This document shows positions 50,013 through 60,692 of a DNA stretch of 60,863 nucleotides, piece after piece. Both the position numbers and the translations under genes were made by a program. Position 1 is the first letter of the stretch. Each line of letters begins with the position of its first letter. Origin of the DNA: Gemmatimonadota bacterium (GTDB lineage Bacteria; Gemmatimonadota; Gemmatimonadetes; Longimicrobiales; Gaopeijiaceae); NCBI GenBank assembly GCA_039589315.1, contig JBDHHQ010000020.1, forward strand, positions 1 to 60,863, read 5' to 3'. The notes under the pieces are model-generated. The model saw nothing but the letters and a program-made list of their open reading frames with translations, made no database searches and was not told the DNA's origin.

Positions 50013-50060
50013 CTATTCGCGAAGCGCCACGAGAGGCGAAATGCGCGTCGCCCTGTACCG
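50013..50060 (-). pseudogene. C-terminal tail remnant of an ADOP/MacB-type ABC permease
   Basis: Minus strand reads RYRATRISPLVALRE-TAG, matching the usual PAxRAxRxxPxxALRxE terminus; the rest of the gene is absent. Confidence 0.55.
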
Positions 50061-50148
50061 AGCCCATACGCAACGGTGTCTAACTAGGCTTGTTTCTGAG
50101 AATCCGCACGGCCCGTGAGTTCCCACTGGACGAGGGAATCTCCTCACC

Positions 50149-51108
50149 CTATAAGGGTCGGCCAGCGCCGAGCCCGTAGCGCTGGGTCCGCGGCCGATCG
50201 GCCCGTTCGTCGATGTGCGCCGCGAAGGTCGCGAAGGCGCTCGCGTTGTGGCGAGCGTGCTCTGCTCTCTGTGTCTCGTACGCGACAGTAAACTCTGAAA
50301 TATGGGTCGTCCCGTCATCACCAGATCTGTTGTCGATGACGTGCGTCGCCTCGTGGAGTATCATCGCGGTGAGGGAGTTTGGCCCGGTTTGGTCGATATT
50401 CGTGACGGCGACTGGGTCGAATTTGAAATCGGAGAAAGGGGGACCGAAGAGCACGGGTCCGCCAAAGGGAGCCTCGGCTGCCACATCGAGCCCAAGCGTG
50501 CAGATCGAATGGCGGAGCATATTGGGGTTGGAGAGCGTACCCTGGATGCCGCGATAATTGCTGATGAGCGGGTTGATCGTGGCAAGCGTGATGAACTCCT
50601 CGCGATCGAGTGTCGTGCCACCCGACGGTACGAGCTTGAAGTGTGTCTTCAGAGCGGCCAACGTGACACCGTCAACGGTTACCAAGTTGATAGCACCGGT
50701 CCGCAACGTGGTCTGGACTGCAGTCAGAGCTGCTAGGGCAGCGAGGATCTTGCGCTGGGCGATCGGAACTGTCGTCGTCGCGATGAGGCCGCCCCAATGC
50801 GCACCAGGGGGCGGGCTCCAACCGCGCAGCGAAAGGTCGAGCGCCCCTAGCACCTCACGGCCGGCGACACCAGCATCCACCCTGAAGCCAAAGTGCGTTT
50901 CCGCGGCGACGACAGCGCGGGCCGTATTGGGGCCGAAGAAGCCATCCGGGCCGCCCTGGACCGGGAACCGCGAAGCTATCAGCGCCTCCTGGAGCAGCTT
51001 GGCGGCGGCATGATCGCCCTCCCCCTGGCGCATCGTCGGGTTGTTGTTGGCGGCGCGTTGAAGGCGCGCGTTGGCACCCCAGTGTTGTGCGAGGAGCGTA
51101 ACTGTCAT
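50149..51108 (-). CDS. peptidoglycan-binding domain fused to an HEXXH metallopeptidase (M35-like)
   Basis: LQEALI...DGFFGPNT..AV...DAGVAG..L; ILHEATH; late HNASAFATFA resembling the M35 NA(D/E)xY region; no signal peptide. Confidence 0.7.
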   Translation of the reverse strand: MTVTLLAQHWGANARLQRAANNNPTMRQGEGDHAAAKLLQEALIASRFPVQGGPDGFFGPNTARAVVAAETHFGFRVDAGVAGREVLGALDLSLRGWSPPPGAHWGGLIATTTVPIAQRKILAALAALTAVQTTLRTGAINLVTVDGVTLAALKTHFKLVPSGGTTLDREEFITLATINPLISNYRGIQGTLSNPNMLRHSICTLGLDVAAEAPFGGPVLFGPPFSDFKFDPVAVTNIDQTGPNSLTAMILHEATHVIDNRSGDDGTTHISEFTVAYETQRAEHARHNASAFATFAAHIDERADRPRTQRYGLGAGRPL

Positions 51109-51350
51109 GAGATCCTCTATCCCTTGTAGCCATGGCGACGTCATCGAGGTGCGCAAACACGATGCTGCGTACGGTCGCGGGCGTTGTCGGCTCGAGGTCC
51201 TTGAGAGTGCAGGCGCCTGATACACCCTGTAGAGGATCGCACGGATGGCGCAAGGCCAACGCATGCCAGGGTCTTGGCGTTCTGCGAAGGTCGACGTAGC
51301 CACCCGACTGGCAGCGATCGAAGTCGGTCACGGCGCTCTGAAGGGGAGTC

Positions 51351-52112
51351 CTAGCGCATCCCGCGGTGCTGTCCGCCATCCACTACGACGCAGTCTCCTA
51401 CGACCCAGCTAGCCCTGGGCGAAACGAGAAAGACGGCGACGTTCGCCACTTCCTCCGGCGTTCCGAGTCGACCCCACGGGATCGACGCGCGCACGCTCTC
51501 ATATACGTCAGGCTGATGCTCCCTGATCGTGGACCAGATGCCGCCCGGAAACTCCGTCGAGCCCGGCGCAATGGCGTTGACGCGGATGCGTCGTGGCCCG
51601 TGCATGATCGCGAGCTTCTTCGCGTGCGCGATGAGGGCCGCCTTGGCAGCCGTGTAGCCGAAGTCTGGCGCTGGGTCCACCTCCAGTCCAGAGATGGATG
51701 AGACAAACAGAATGCTGCCGCCGCCTGCTTCGGCCATCCACGGTATGACCTGTTCGCAAGCGCGCACGGCCGCCATCAGATCTACCTCCAGGCTCGCTTC
51801 CCAATCTGCGAGCTCGGGCCCGACAGCGAGCGCCGACGCATTGTGAACGAGCACGTCCACGCCGCCCAGGGCCTGCCGTGCAGCTTCCAGAAACGCAGCC
51901 AACGCCGCCGAATCGGCCACATCGCAGACGTGAGCATAGGCACGCGCGCCCCGATCCAGAAGCTCCGCCTCGGCGTCTCGCAACTGGTCCTCGTTGCGTG
52001 CGCATATCGCGACATTGGCGCCTTCGGATGCAAGGCCGAGTGAAATGGCGCGGCCGATACCACGGCTCCCACCGATCACGATGCAGTTTCGACCCTCGAG
52101 CTCGAGGTTCAT
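51351..52112 (-). CDS. short-chain dehydrogenase/reductase
   Basis: AAGGAG RBS; IGGSRGIG, LVHNA, YTAAK (YxxxK), RVNAIAPG and VDGG. Confidence 0.92.
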   Translation of the reverse strand: MNLELEGRNCIVIGGSRGIGRAISLGLASEGANVAICARNEDQLRDAEAELLDRGARAYAHVCDVADSAALAAFLEAARQALGGVDVLVHNASALAVGPELADWEASLEVDLMAAVRACEQVIPWMAEAGGGSILFVSSISGLEVDPAPDFGYTAAKAALIAHAKKLAIMHGPRRIRVNAIAPGSTEFPGGIWSTIREHQPDVYESVRASIPWGRLGTPEEVANVAVFLVSPRASWVVGDCVVVDGGQHRGMR

Positions 52113-52209
52113 TGCTGGCTCCTTGGGACTTCGCCTTGGTTCGAGCGTCCGACCATCAACGCGCGGACAGGATACGGGGGCTGTGCAACACCGAAGGCAA
52201 GCTGACCAC

Positions 52210-53712
52210 TTACCGCGCGGCCTTCTCGACCGCATGCAGCAGCTCGCCCCACTCGTCGTGAAAGCGGAACGTGGCAGTGGGTGGCACCCCAGGGGAGATC
52301 GTGACGCGCAAGAACCCGCCCGAGCGCTCCGTTTGCGTATACGGCTGCTCTATCATGGCCTCGGGATCGTTGGATTCCGGATCCCCAGGACGCCTCCCCA
52401 GGCGAGAGTTGGCATCCACGAGCGCTCCGGCAGAGAACTCCTCGACGCCGGTGGGATGGATCGAGTGGTACTGCCAATGCCGATCCCCGCAGATGATGTA
52501 GAAGTTCTGCTCCTCGAGGAAGTCGTTGTCGATCAGCCAGTCGAAGAAGCTGTCCCGCTCGTGTTGGAAGCCCGCGGGGTTGGAGTGGTTATCACGCTTC
52601 AGCGTGTCATGGCCTTCAGCCGGCCGCCCCGCCTGCTCGGCGTCGTCCGGCCCAATCATCGGGGTTGGCGAAATCAGGATCCTGAAGGTCGCATCGCTCT
52701 CGAGCAGGGTACGCTCGAGCCACGAGCGTTGCTCGGCGCCCCAAAGCGTCTTCCCGGGGCCGGCGCGCATCATGTTGGGGCTCCGGTAGTCGCGCCCCTC
52801 CACCAGCCAGATCTGTAGGTCTTTGTTGATTCGGTGTGTGCGGTAGGTCACCGGGTTCGGTGCTGCGGGGTCCACCACCGGCACCTGTTCGTGGAATGTG
52901 GCGATGCCCAGTGCGACCGAGGGGTCCGCACTGCCGGTGTTGTCCGAATCGTTGAAGCGAAAATCGTGGTCGTCCTTCTCCCAGTAGGTCGGGACTGCGG
53001 CGAACAGGTCCGCGAACCGGGGTTGAACGAACTGTTCATGCCACTTCTTCCGAAGCTCGTCAGGCGTGGTCACGGCACTCTGAGCGGGGACGTCGTAGTA
53101 GACATTGTCTCCGGTGGCGACGAAGAAGTTCGGCCTCATGTCGAGGATCGTCTCGAGTCCGGGGAATCCGAGGGACTTGTCCGGACCCTCATATGCGGGA
53201 CGGGCCCGAGCTCCGTCGCCCCCAACCGGGCCGGCTCCGTGATGAAACGCGTTGTAGTTCATGCCGGTCACGACCACGAAGCTGACTTCGCTCGCGACGC
53301 CGTCGCCGTCGAGCGTCGCGAACGTGCGTGTGGGGCCGGTTCGGACGAGCCGCTCATCCGGTCCGAAGATCAGGCGGTAGTAGTACCGGGTTCCTGGACT
53401 CAACCCGTCGATCTTCGCCTTCACGATGAAGTCGTTTTCCGGTGTCGCAGAAAGCCAGCCGGATCCCAGGGAATCCCCGAATTCCCGTGTCGTCCCGACC
53501 TGGAATCGCGCCCTGCCAACTGCGCCCGCAAGATCGCCCTCGACCAGCTCGCGCCCCACCGTCAATCGGGATTGAAGGATGACGCTGGTCGTCGTCACCT
53601 CCCCCGCGATCTCGCCCTGGCCATTGGTCATCTCGGGAAACGCGACCTCGGCGCATCCGCTGGCGACGACGATCAGCGTTCCCGGGAGGGCCATCTTCGC
53701 ACAACTGATCAT
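52210..53712 (-). CDS. PhoD-like alkaline phosphatase D family protein
   Basis: L.PGTRYYYR, TGDNVYYD, KDDHDF, RDYRS, GAEQ..WL and CGDRHWQY; lipobox-like ASGC. Confidence 0.88.
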   Translation of the reverse strand: MISCAKMALPGTLIVVASGCAEVAFPEMTNGQGEIAGEVTTTSVILQSRLTVGRELVEGDLAGAVGRARFQVGTTREFGDSLGSGWLSATPENDFIVKAKIDGLSPGTRYYYRLIFGPDERLVRTGPTRTFATLDGDGVASEVSFVVVTGMNYNAFHHGAGPVGGDGARARPAYEGPDKSLGFPGLETILDMRPNFFVATGDNVYYDVPAQSAVTTPDELRKKWHEQFVQPRFADLFAAVPTYWEKDDHDFRFNDSDNTGSADPSVALGIATFHEQVPVVDPAAPNPVTYRTHRINKDLQIWLVEGRDYRSPNMMRAGPGKTLWGAEQRSWLERTLLESDATFRILISPTPMIGPDDAEQAGRPAEGHDTLKRDNHSNPAGFQHERDSFFDWLIDNDFLEEQNFYIICGDRHWQYHSIHPTGVEEFSAGALVDANSRLGRRPGDPESNDPEAMIEQPYTQTERSGGFLRVTISPGVPPTATFRFHDEWGELLHAVEKAAR

Positions 53713-53933
53713 CGGTGTACCGTCTTCTTCACGGGCCGCGGGGCGGGGCGGACCTGCTGCCGCAACATGCCCGCGCGACCCTGAGGCATCAAGGCGTGCG
53801 AGGGCGGGCACTCGGGCGCTCTACGCCTTCGGGATACCGAGGCGCGCTCAGCTACGTCGGTGTAGGTTGGAATCACGGCTCAGGCTCTCGCCACAGAGCC
53901 CCACACCGCCTTTCGCGATCCGGAGATCCCGAC

Positions 53934-54410
53934 ATGCATCACGTCACTCTGAACGCAGCGTTGATCGTTGCGCTTCTCCTGGGCAGCGTCGGCCCGGAGT
54001 GCGCAGAATCTCAGGAGCCCGCCTCCGACGACACCTTCGCCGTCGAGTACTACTACAAGATCCAGTGGGGTCATTTCGGCGAATGGATGGACCTGTACAA
54101 GAAGAACCACTACCCGATCCTGGTCCGGGAGATGGAAATGGGGCGGATCGTCGACATGTACGCAGCCTATCCGGTGAACCACGCGGGCGAGGAGGTACGG
54201 TGGGACTTTCGCTACACCATCGTGTTTCGAAGCGTGGCCGACGCGTACGACAGCTCCGTGGACACTGACGCCATCATCGACGAGCTCTATCCCGACCGGT
54301 CCACCTTCGAGCGCGAGGAGCAACGGCGTTTCCAGCTCCTCCTGGAGCACATGGACGTGCCGATCAACCGGGATGACTTGTCGGACTGGGCGACGGTCCC
54401 GCCGTCATAG
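53934..54410 (+). CDS. exported hypothetical protein (NIPSNAP/dimeric alpha-beta barrel-like)
   Basis: GGAG RBS, signal peptide, EYYYKIQWG...LYKKNHYP. The fold is a guess. Confidence 0.75.
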   Translation: MHHVTLNAALIVALLLGSVGPECAESQEPASDDTFAVEYYYKIQWGHFGEWMDLYKKNHYPILVREMEMGRIVDMYAAYPVNHAGEEVRWDFRYTIVFRSVADAYDSSVDTDAIIDELYPDRSTFEREEQRRFQLLLEHMDVPINRDDLSDWATVPPS

Positions 54411-54473
54411 TCCCGCGATTCCGTAGTCGTCCAGCGCTCTCGCGGGCACCGGAGCTACGGGGCGCCGGGTCCG

Positions 54474-56621
54474 TCACCGCGCAAGCGGATCCGGCCGGAG
54501 CTGGAACTTGAGCGCCTTGCTGGTGGTGCCTGGGCCACCCTCCATGTGGAACGGCGCGCGCGTGCTCACCGTGGCCCAGAGTCCACGGCCCTTCCAGCCC
54601 GCATCCGGGTCGTCGATCCTGCCGTCCATCCACTTCGTGTAGAACCCCAGCGGATACGGGACACGGAAGATGGCCCACTCTCCGTCTTGGAGGGCCAGTA
54701 GCGCCTCGGACGCGTTGCCGGTGTTGATCGGGGTGCCCGCGCCCAGCCCGAACGAGTCGTACCAGTCGACCCACGTGTAGTAGCTGGCTTCCACGCTGCC
54801 CGGAGTGGCGACACCCCCCATCTGGGGCATGGGCTCCGTGTAGAACGTCCAGCCTTCGGGGCAGTGCTGGCCCGTGGCCGTGGGTCCGTTGAGGGGCCCG
54901 GTGCACTTCCGACGGTCGAAGCTGGCCAGGTGGCCGCTGGCCAACGCGACCCAGGCGACCCCCTCCCGGTCCATGTCGAAGCCGCGGGGCGAAAAGCCCT
55001 CGACCGGCCGCCCCTCTTCGTCCAGCGGCAGCTCGTAGACCTCGGCTAGAGCCGTCTCGGGCGGATTGGGGCCCGGGTCCAGGCGGACGACGGCCCCCGG
55101 GTATCCCAGCGTGGAAGCCCAGACCGTCCCGTCGGGAATCGGGGCTACGCCGTAGAAGGGCGAGACGACCCGCTTGTCCAGGGCCGGGTCCACCGGTTGG
55201 TCGGGCTCGACGTATGCATCCCGCCGGCCGTTTCCGTTGGTGTCGAGAATGAGCGCCGTCCAACCCTGCGACGCCTCCTCGTCACCCGTCTCGTCGAACA
55301 TCCGGGTGTTCAGCCACCCGACGACCTGGCCGCCGCCGCTCGTCCAGAGCGTGTTGTTCTCGTCCTCCGCGAACATGAGGTGGTGCGTGCTGAAGCACGT
55401 GCTGATGTGGGTGAGCTCGTCGGTCTCGGGATCGTAGACCGCTAGATGACGGCGCGCCCGCTCGGTTGGAAACGCCCGAGCCGACGGGTGATCCGAGCCC
55501 TCCCGGCAGAACGGTGGGTTGTCGGGCGGGCGCACCGTCGAGGTGAGCCAGACCCGGCCACGCTCGTCCATCATGGGGTTGTGGACGTTGTTCTTGCTGG
55601 TCCAGAGCACGTCGTCGCCCCAGTACGGCGACGGCGCGGGCATGTCCGGCCGGGAGGCCGGCTCGGTCAGCGGGTCCCGGACGGTCAACGGCACCTGGCT
55701 CGCGGTGTGCGTCACGGGGTCCAGGACGGGTAGGTAGTCGGCGCTCAGCTCGAGCGCGCCGTATGTCTTGCCGCTGGCGTTGACCGTGGGGTTGCGGCGG
55801 TCGGTCGACACGACGTCGTGTAGATAGGCCTTGGGGTCGGCCCAGTCCCACTGGGTGATCACCACGTTCCGCTCGATCCCGCTCGGCCTGGGTGGCGCGG
55901 GGGGTACCTCACCCGCGGCAATTCGATCCGTCCAGTCCGCGAACATGGCGAGCATGCGCTCGCGACCCAGGAAGTCGAGCGCGCGGCTCATGCCCGCGCC
56001 GGCTTGACCGGACTTGACCCTTCGGTCCCACGCCGCCGCCGACGTCTCGAACGTGCCCAGCGCCGCTGGAATCTCCCTGGTCCCTTTCGTGCCGAGCTGA
56101 TGGCAGGCGGTGCAGTTGCCGGACTTGATGATGCGAAGGAGCTGGGCCTGATTGGCCAGGTTCTCGTTGAGGCCGTTGCCTTCGGCCCCCGTTCCGGGGA
56201 AGTCGTCCGGCACCTGAAGGAGGGAGAACCAGTACCCGGCTGGATAGTACTGGGCAGCCGCGCGCTCGTCGGGTGCGAGCGTGGCCGCGAGGTCGAAGGC
56301 TGCGCCGGGCCGGGCCGTGACCTTCTCCGAGTCCACGAGCCCATAGCCGCGTACCCAGACATCATAGGTCGCGTCCGGTAGGTCGGGAATCAGGTACCTG
56401 CCTCGATCGTCGGTAACGACGGTACGGTTGAATCTGGTGGGCAGCTGCGTGGTCTCGGCGATCACCCACACGCCGGCCTCGGGCCCGTCCGGTCCGGTGA
56501 CGACACCGGCGATGTCGTCGGAGTCGAGCGGCACGGCGTCGCTGGCCGGCTGGCAGGCGAGCAGAGCGAGCAGTCCAAGCAGCGGGGCGACACTGAGGCG
56601 AGCCGAGCGGTTCGTTCGCAT
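54474..56621 (-). CDS. lipoprotein: carboxypeptidase-regulatory-like domain, c-type heme motif and beta-propeller
   Basis: LLAC lipobox; GVVTG..GPEAGVWVIAET; VTDD.GRY.IPDLP; CTACH; repeated G.VW strands. Confidence 0.8.
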   Translation of the reverse strand: MRTNRSARLSVAPLLGLLALLACQPASDAVPLDSDDIAGVVTGPDGPEAGVWVIAETTQLPTRFNRTVVTDDRGRYLIPDLPDATYDVWVRGYGLVDSEKVTARPGAAFDLAATLAPDERAAAQYYPAGYWFSLLQVPDDFPGTGAEGNGLNENLANQAQLLRIIKSGNCTACHQLGTKGTREIPAALGTFETSAAAWDRRVKSGQAGAGMSRALDFLGRERMLAMFADWTDRIAAGEVPPAPPRPSGIERNVVITQWDWADPKAYLHDVVSTDRRNPTVNASGKTYGALELSADYLPVLDPVTHTASQVPLTVRDPLTEPASRPDMPAPSPYWGDDVLWTSKNNVHNPMMDERGRVWLTSTVRPPDNPPFCREGSDHPSARAFPTERARRHLAVYDPETDELTHISTCFSTHHLMFAEDENNTLWTSGGGQVVGWLNTRMFDETGDEEASQGWTALILDTNGNGRRDAYVEPDQPVDPALDKRVVSPFYGVAPIPDGTVWASTLGYPGAVVRLDPGPNPPETALAEVYELPLDEEGRPVEGFSPRGFDMDREGVAWVALASGHLASFDRRKCTGPLNGPTATGQHCPEGWTFYTEPMPQMGGVATPGSVEASYYTWVDWYDSFGLGAGTPINTGNASEALLALQDGEWAIFRVPYPLGFYTKWMDGRIDDPDAGWKGRGLWATVSTRAPFHMEGGPGTTSKALKFQLRPDPLAR

Positions 56622-56729
56622 TGGCAATGCTCCCGGGGCGGGGGTGCGTCTGCACCACCATATGGGAGCCGCGCGTCGGCCGCGAGGGACTCCGTTCAGA
56701 TCGCACCACTCGGCTGAAGAGCCTCGAGG

Positions 56730-59700
56730 CTACTCCCCTGCCCCGTCCGTGATGATGTTGGCCTGCCCCGCTTGCCGCAGCAGCTCGTTGAACTCCGCCA
56801 CCTCTTCGGCCATCAGTGCCTCGAGTCGAGTCGCCGCCGTGCTCAGGCGCTCCTTCAATACCTCGTGCACCTCCCTGGACTGGTCGGTCGGAGGGAAGTC
56901 CGATACGGCCACGGTTCCGGCCAGGTACTCGAGGCGCGACACGAGCCGGGCCGGCCAGCGGACGTAGTCCTGTCCGGTCCCGGTGGACCGGAGCTGGATC
57001 AGCGTTTCCTCGATCTCGATGAGGCCTCGGTCCAGCTCTTCCGCCGCAGCGAGGATCTCGGCGTCTCCGCTCTGCTCCTCGAGCACGGCCCGCGTGTCGT
57101 AGAGCTGGCGGCGGATCCATTCGATCCGGTTGACCATCTCCGCCGCCTCACTCAGCTCGTCGCGCAGCTCCGTGAGCATCGCCGTCTGGACCCGGACGTC
57201 GGCCAGGGATCCCTCGGAGTGGGGGTCCTTGAGGACGGTGAGCTCCGTCGTGCTCTCGGCGCCGTCCACGACCAGCGTCACGGTGTACGGGCCGGGTGGC
57301 GACAGCACGGAGATGCTCGTCCCCCGCGGTGCCGCACGCCACCGGTCGTCGTTGAGCTCCACCCAATCGGCGTAGAGCGGCGGGGTCCGCAGCTTGATCT
57401 CGGTGGACGGCTCCGTCCGAAGATCCCACCAGACCCGGTTGACGCCCGCGTCCTTCGTCCCGTCGAGGGTTCGCACCGTGTCTCCCGCCGCGTTTGTGAT
57501 CCGGAGCTCGACGTCGTTTTCGGGCACGGAGCGCAGCCAGTAGTTGATCGAAGCGCCGTAGGTCGGGTTCTCGCCGTCCGCGGGATCGCCCGACATGGCC
57601 ATGGGGCTCTCCACATTGTGGAACCGGTAGGCGTCCCGCGGCTCGAACAGGTGTGCGTCTGCGACCATGACCTCTTCGGTCAGCTGCTGGAGCGGTGTGA
57701 CGTCATCCATGATCCAGAAGCCGCGGCCGTAGGTGCCGATGACCAGGTCGTTGAAGTGCTCCTGGACCTGGAGCCAGTACATGGGGGCCGGGGGCAGGTT
57801 GTTCCGGAGCGGCAGCCAGAGGTCGCCGTCGTCGAACGACACGTAGAGGGCGTTTTCGGTGCCGAGGTAGAGCAGGCCCGGCCGTACCGGATCCTCTCGG
57901 ATGTTCCGGGCGAAGCTGAGCGGGGACTCGGCAATCCCCGCGACGATCTTGGTCCACCTCTCACCGAAGTCTTCGGTGCGGTAGACGTGCGGGCGGAAGT
58001 CGCCCACCTGATGACGCTCCACCGTCAGGTAGGCCTTTCCGGCGGCCCACCTCGAGGCGTCGATGTTCCGGACCACACCGTCGGGGGGAAGGTCGGGGAG
58101 GTTGCCCGTCACGTTGCCCCAGGTGTCACCTCCGTCCCGACTGACCTGGACCAGGCCGTCGTTCGTACCGGCGTAGAACACTCCGGCCTGCGCGGGCGAC
58201 TCGTCGAACGCGTAGATCACGCAGCAGAACTCCACGCCCAGATTGTCGGGAGTGAGACCGCCGCTGATCCCCATGCGGCTGCGCTCGTTCGTCGTGAGAT
58301 CCGGGCTGATCACGTCCCAGCTCTGACCGCCGTTCCTGGTGCGATGCACGTGTTGGCTGGTGACGAAGATCGTGGCGTTGTCGTGTGGACTGACCAGCAG
58401 CGGGAACGTCCATTGGAAGCGATACTTCATGCCCTCGGCCGGCCATCCGACTGTGCTCTCGGGCCACACCTCCACGTGCCGGTACTGGCCCGTGCGCACG
58501 TCATGACGGGTCGCGATCCCCCCGGCTGGTCCAAAGCCCGACGCGCTGGACCACACGATGTCGGGATTCGTTGGATCCGGCGTGGCGAACCCGCTTTCTC
58601 CGCCTCCCACCGAGCGCCACATCCCGCGAGGTATACGGTTGCCGCCGAACCCCCCCGTGCGGCTGTTGCTGGGTCCGCGGGCCGACGGGCCGTCCTGGCG
58701 ATTGCCCAGCACGTTGTAGGGGACGGCGTTGTCCACGGTCACGTGGTACATCTGGGCGATCGGCAGCTGGATGCGGTGCCATGTGGCCCCGCGATTCTGC
58801 GAGATCGACACGCCGCCGTCGTGCCCGACGATCATGCGGTCGCCGTTCGTGGGGTCGATCCACATGTCGTGGTGGTCGCCGCCCGGCCGGCGAGCTCCGC
58901 TCTGGATCTCGGTGGTATGGCCGCCGTCGAGGGTGCGAAGGAACGGCGCCGTCAGGAAGTACGCCTCGTCAGGGTCGTCGGGAGCGACGGCGCACGTGTT
59001 GTAGTAGACGGTGCGGCCGCCCAGGTCCCGGTTGTGGCTCACCACCTGCCAGTGATCGCCTCCGTCGTCAGAGCGCCAGAGCTCTCCGCTCTCGGTCTCC
59101 TCACCGTGCCAGGGGATCCCGTCACCGGTCTCGATCAGCGCATAGATGCGCTCGGAATCGGCGGGCGTGACGCAGAAGTTCACTTTGCCGATAGGGAGAG
59201 CGGGAAGCCCGTTCCCCTCGAGACGCGACCAGGTGCTCCCCCCGTCCCGGGACATGTGGAGGCCGCTCCCCGGGCCCCCGCTCTCGCGGTTCCACGTGTT
59301 GACGATGATCTGCCACATGCCCGCGAACAGGATGCGCGGGTTGCTCGGATCCATGACGACGTCCGAAGCGCCGGTCTGCTCGTCCACGAACAGGACTTGT
59401 TCCCAGGTCGTGCCGCCGTCGGTCGTCCGGTAGACGCCACGATCGGGCTGCGGGGCATGGGCGTGCCCCAAAACCGCAACGAGGACGTGGTCGGGATTGG
59501 TCGGATGAACCACGATCCTACTGATCCGCCCCGATTCCGGAAGTCCCACGTTCTGCCAGTTGTCGCCAGCATCGGTGGAGCGGTACACCCCGTTCCCCAG
59601 CGACACGTTCGAGCGGATGTGGGCTTCACCGGTCCCGGCCCAGACCACGTTGGGGTCCGACCGGGATACGGCCAGAGCGCCGATGGAGTGGGCATCCTGA

Positions 59701-59975
59701 TCGTCGAAGATCGGCTCCCAGGTGACTCCGGCGTCCGCGGTCTTCCAGATCCCGCCCGATGCCGCGCCGACGTAGTACGTCAGCGGATCGCCGGGAACGC
59801 CGTGCACCGCGGAGACCCGGTTGCCGATCGGACCGATGTGGCGGGCGCGCAGCTGGGCGTACCAGTCGGGATCGACCTGCTGCGCTTGCGCGGCCGGGGC
59901 AAAGCCCAGAGCCAACGGCAGAACACACCACAGGGCCCAGCGCGGGCGCGGGACGCGAAGGCGGGGCAGGATCAT
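56730..59975 (-). CDS. large exported BNR/Asp-box (VPS10/sialidase-like) beta-propeller glycosyl hydrolase family protein
   Basis: AGGAGAGG RBS, signal peptide ending AQAQ, many SxDGGxTW Asp-boxes, helical C-terminus. Confidence 0.9.
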   Translation of the reverse strand: MILPRLRVPRPRWALWCVLPLALGFAPAAQAQQVDPDWYAQLRARHIGPIGNRVSAVHGVPGDPLTYYVGAASGGIWKTADAGVTWEPIFDDQDAHSIGALAVSRSDPNVVWAGTGEAHIRSNVSLGNGVYRSTDAGDNWQNVGLPESGRISRIVVHPTNPDHVLVAVLGHAHAPQPDRGVYRTTDGGTTWEQVLFVDEQTGASDVVMDPSNPRILFAGMWQIIVNTWNRESGGPGSGLHMSRDGGSTWSRLEGNGLPALPIGKVNFCVTPADSERIYALIETGDGIPWHGEETESGELWRSDDGGDHWQVVSHNRDLGGRTVYYNTCAVAPDDPDEAYFLTAPFLRTLDGGHTTEIQSGARRPGGDHHDMWIDPTNGDRMIVGHDGGVSISQNRGATWHRIQLPIAQMYHVTVDNAVPYNVLGNRQDGPSARGPSNSRTGGFGGNRIPRGMWRSVGGGESGFATPDPTNPDIVWSSASGFGPAGGIATRHDVRTGQYRHVEVWPESTVGWPAEGMKYRFQWTFPLLVSPHDNATIFVTSQHVHRTRNGGQSWDVISPDLTTNERSRMGISGGLTPDNLGVEFCCVIYAFDESPAQAGVFYAGTNDGLVQVSRDGGDTWGNVTGNLPDLPPDGVVRNIDASRWAAGKAYLTVERHQVGDFRPHVYRTEDFGERWTKIVAGIAESPLSFARNIREDPVRPGLLYLGTENALYVSFDDGDLWLPLRNNLPPAPMYWLQVQEHFNDLVIGTYGRGFWIMDDVTPLQQLTEEVMVADAHLFEPRDAYRFHNVESPMAMSGDPADGENPTYGASINYWLRSVPENDVELRITNAAGDTVRTLDGTKDAGVNRVWWDLRTEPSTEIKLRTPPLYADWVELNDDRWRAAPRGTSISVLSPPGPYTVTLVVDGAESTTELTVLKDPHSEGSLADVRVQTAMLTELRDELSEAAEMVNRIEWIRRQLYDTRAVLEEQSGDAEILAAAEELDRGLIEIEETLIQLRSTGTGQDYVRWPARLVSRLEYLAGTVAVSDFPPTDQSREVHEVLKERLSTAATRLEALMAEEVAEFNELLRQAGQANIITDGAGE

Positions 59976-60304
59976 GAGACCTCTCCTTGGGCGGCGAGTG
60001 GGGATCCAAGCTGCGCGGCGGGCCCGACGATAGGCAAGCGGGTGCGCAGCGCCCCACATCCGATTCAGCCTTCTCCTGACATCTCGATGGGAGCCCGAAG
60101 GCTAACCTTGAGAATGGGAGGTCGGCGGGTTCCGCTCAGAGCTTCACGGGTCCGCTTCCAGCAGCCGAGAAGGCTGAGGAGATTCGCGATTCCAGTGGTC
60201 GTGGCGCGTTGCGCCGGGCCCCCGGAAAGAACGAGCGCCCAGGGTGCCGTCACCTTCCTGCGCGCGAAGGGCTGTGCCTGATTCAAATAGGGGAGGTGGA
60301 TGCG

Positions 60305-60692
60305 ATGACTGTCACGAGCCGCGTCGTCTTCTTGGCCGCAATCTGCGCATTTGCAATGTACGGCTGTACGACGGCCGGTACGTTCCAAAGCGCTGTCCGA
60401 AACCAATTTCGAAATACTCGCCAGGAATGTGTCAGGTAGGGCATATGCAGATTTCCTCCTTGGCATCAGCACTTCTACGGGGTCTGTGAGCAGTACCCTG
60501 GCGCTGGTCAGGGTAGGTGGTACGCCAACGCTGTACAACGACGCCATAATGAACCTATGGGACAACTTCGAGGATGATTACGGCAGTACTGAAGGGAGGA
60601 ATCTCGTCCTGGCCAACGTTCGTTATGACACCGATATTCTCAACCTGGTCGTGTTCACCAAGACGACCTTGATCATCCATGCGGACGTGATC
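60305..60692 (+). pseudogene. frameshifted lipoprotein gene (DUF6567-like)
   Basis: GGAGGT RBS; MTVTSRVVFLAAICAFAMYG-C-TTAGTFQSA, then coding sense continues in the +1 frame from 60393 (LSETNFEILARNVSG...LANVRYDTD...IIHADVI). That frame has no stop before the window end. Confidence 0.6.

Noticed and set aside
56772..60281. 1169-aa plus-strand ORF, and similar long antisense ORFs (34855-36837, 8415-9869, 14410-15672, 939-2588)
   Set aside because: They mirror well-supported genes on the opposite strand, have no motifs, and are expected in high-GC coding DNA.
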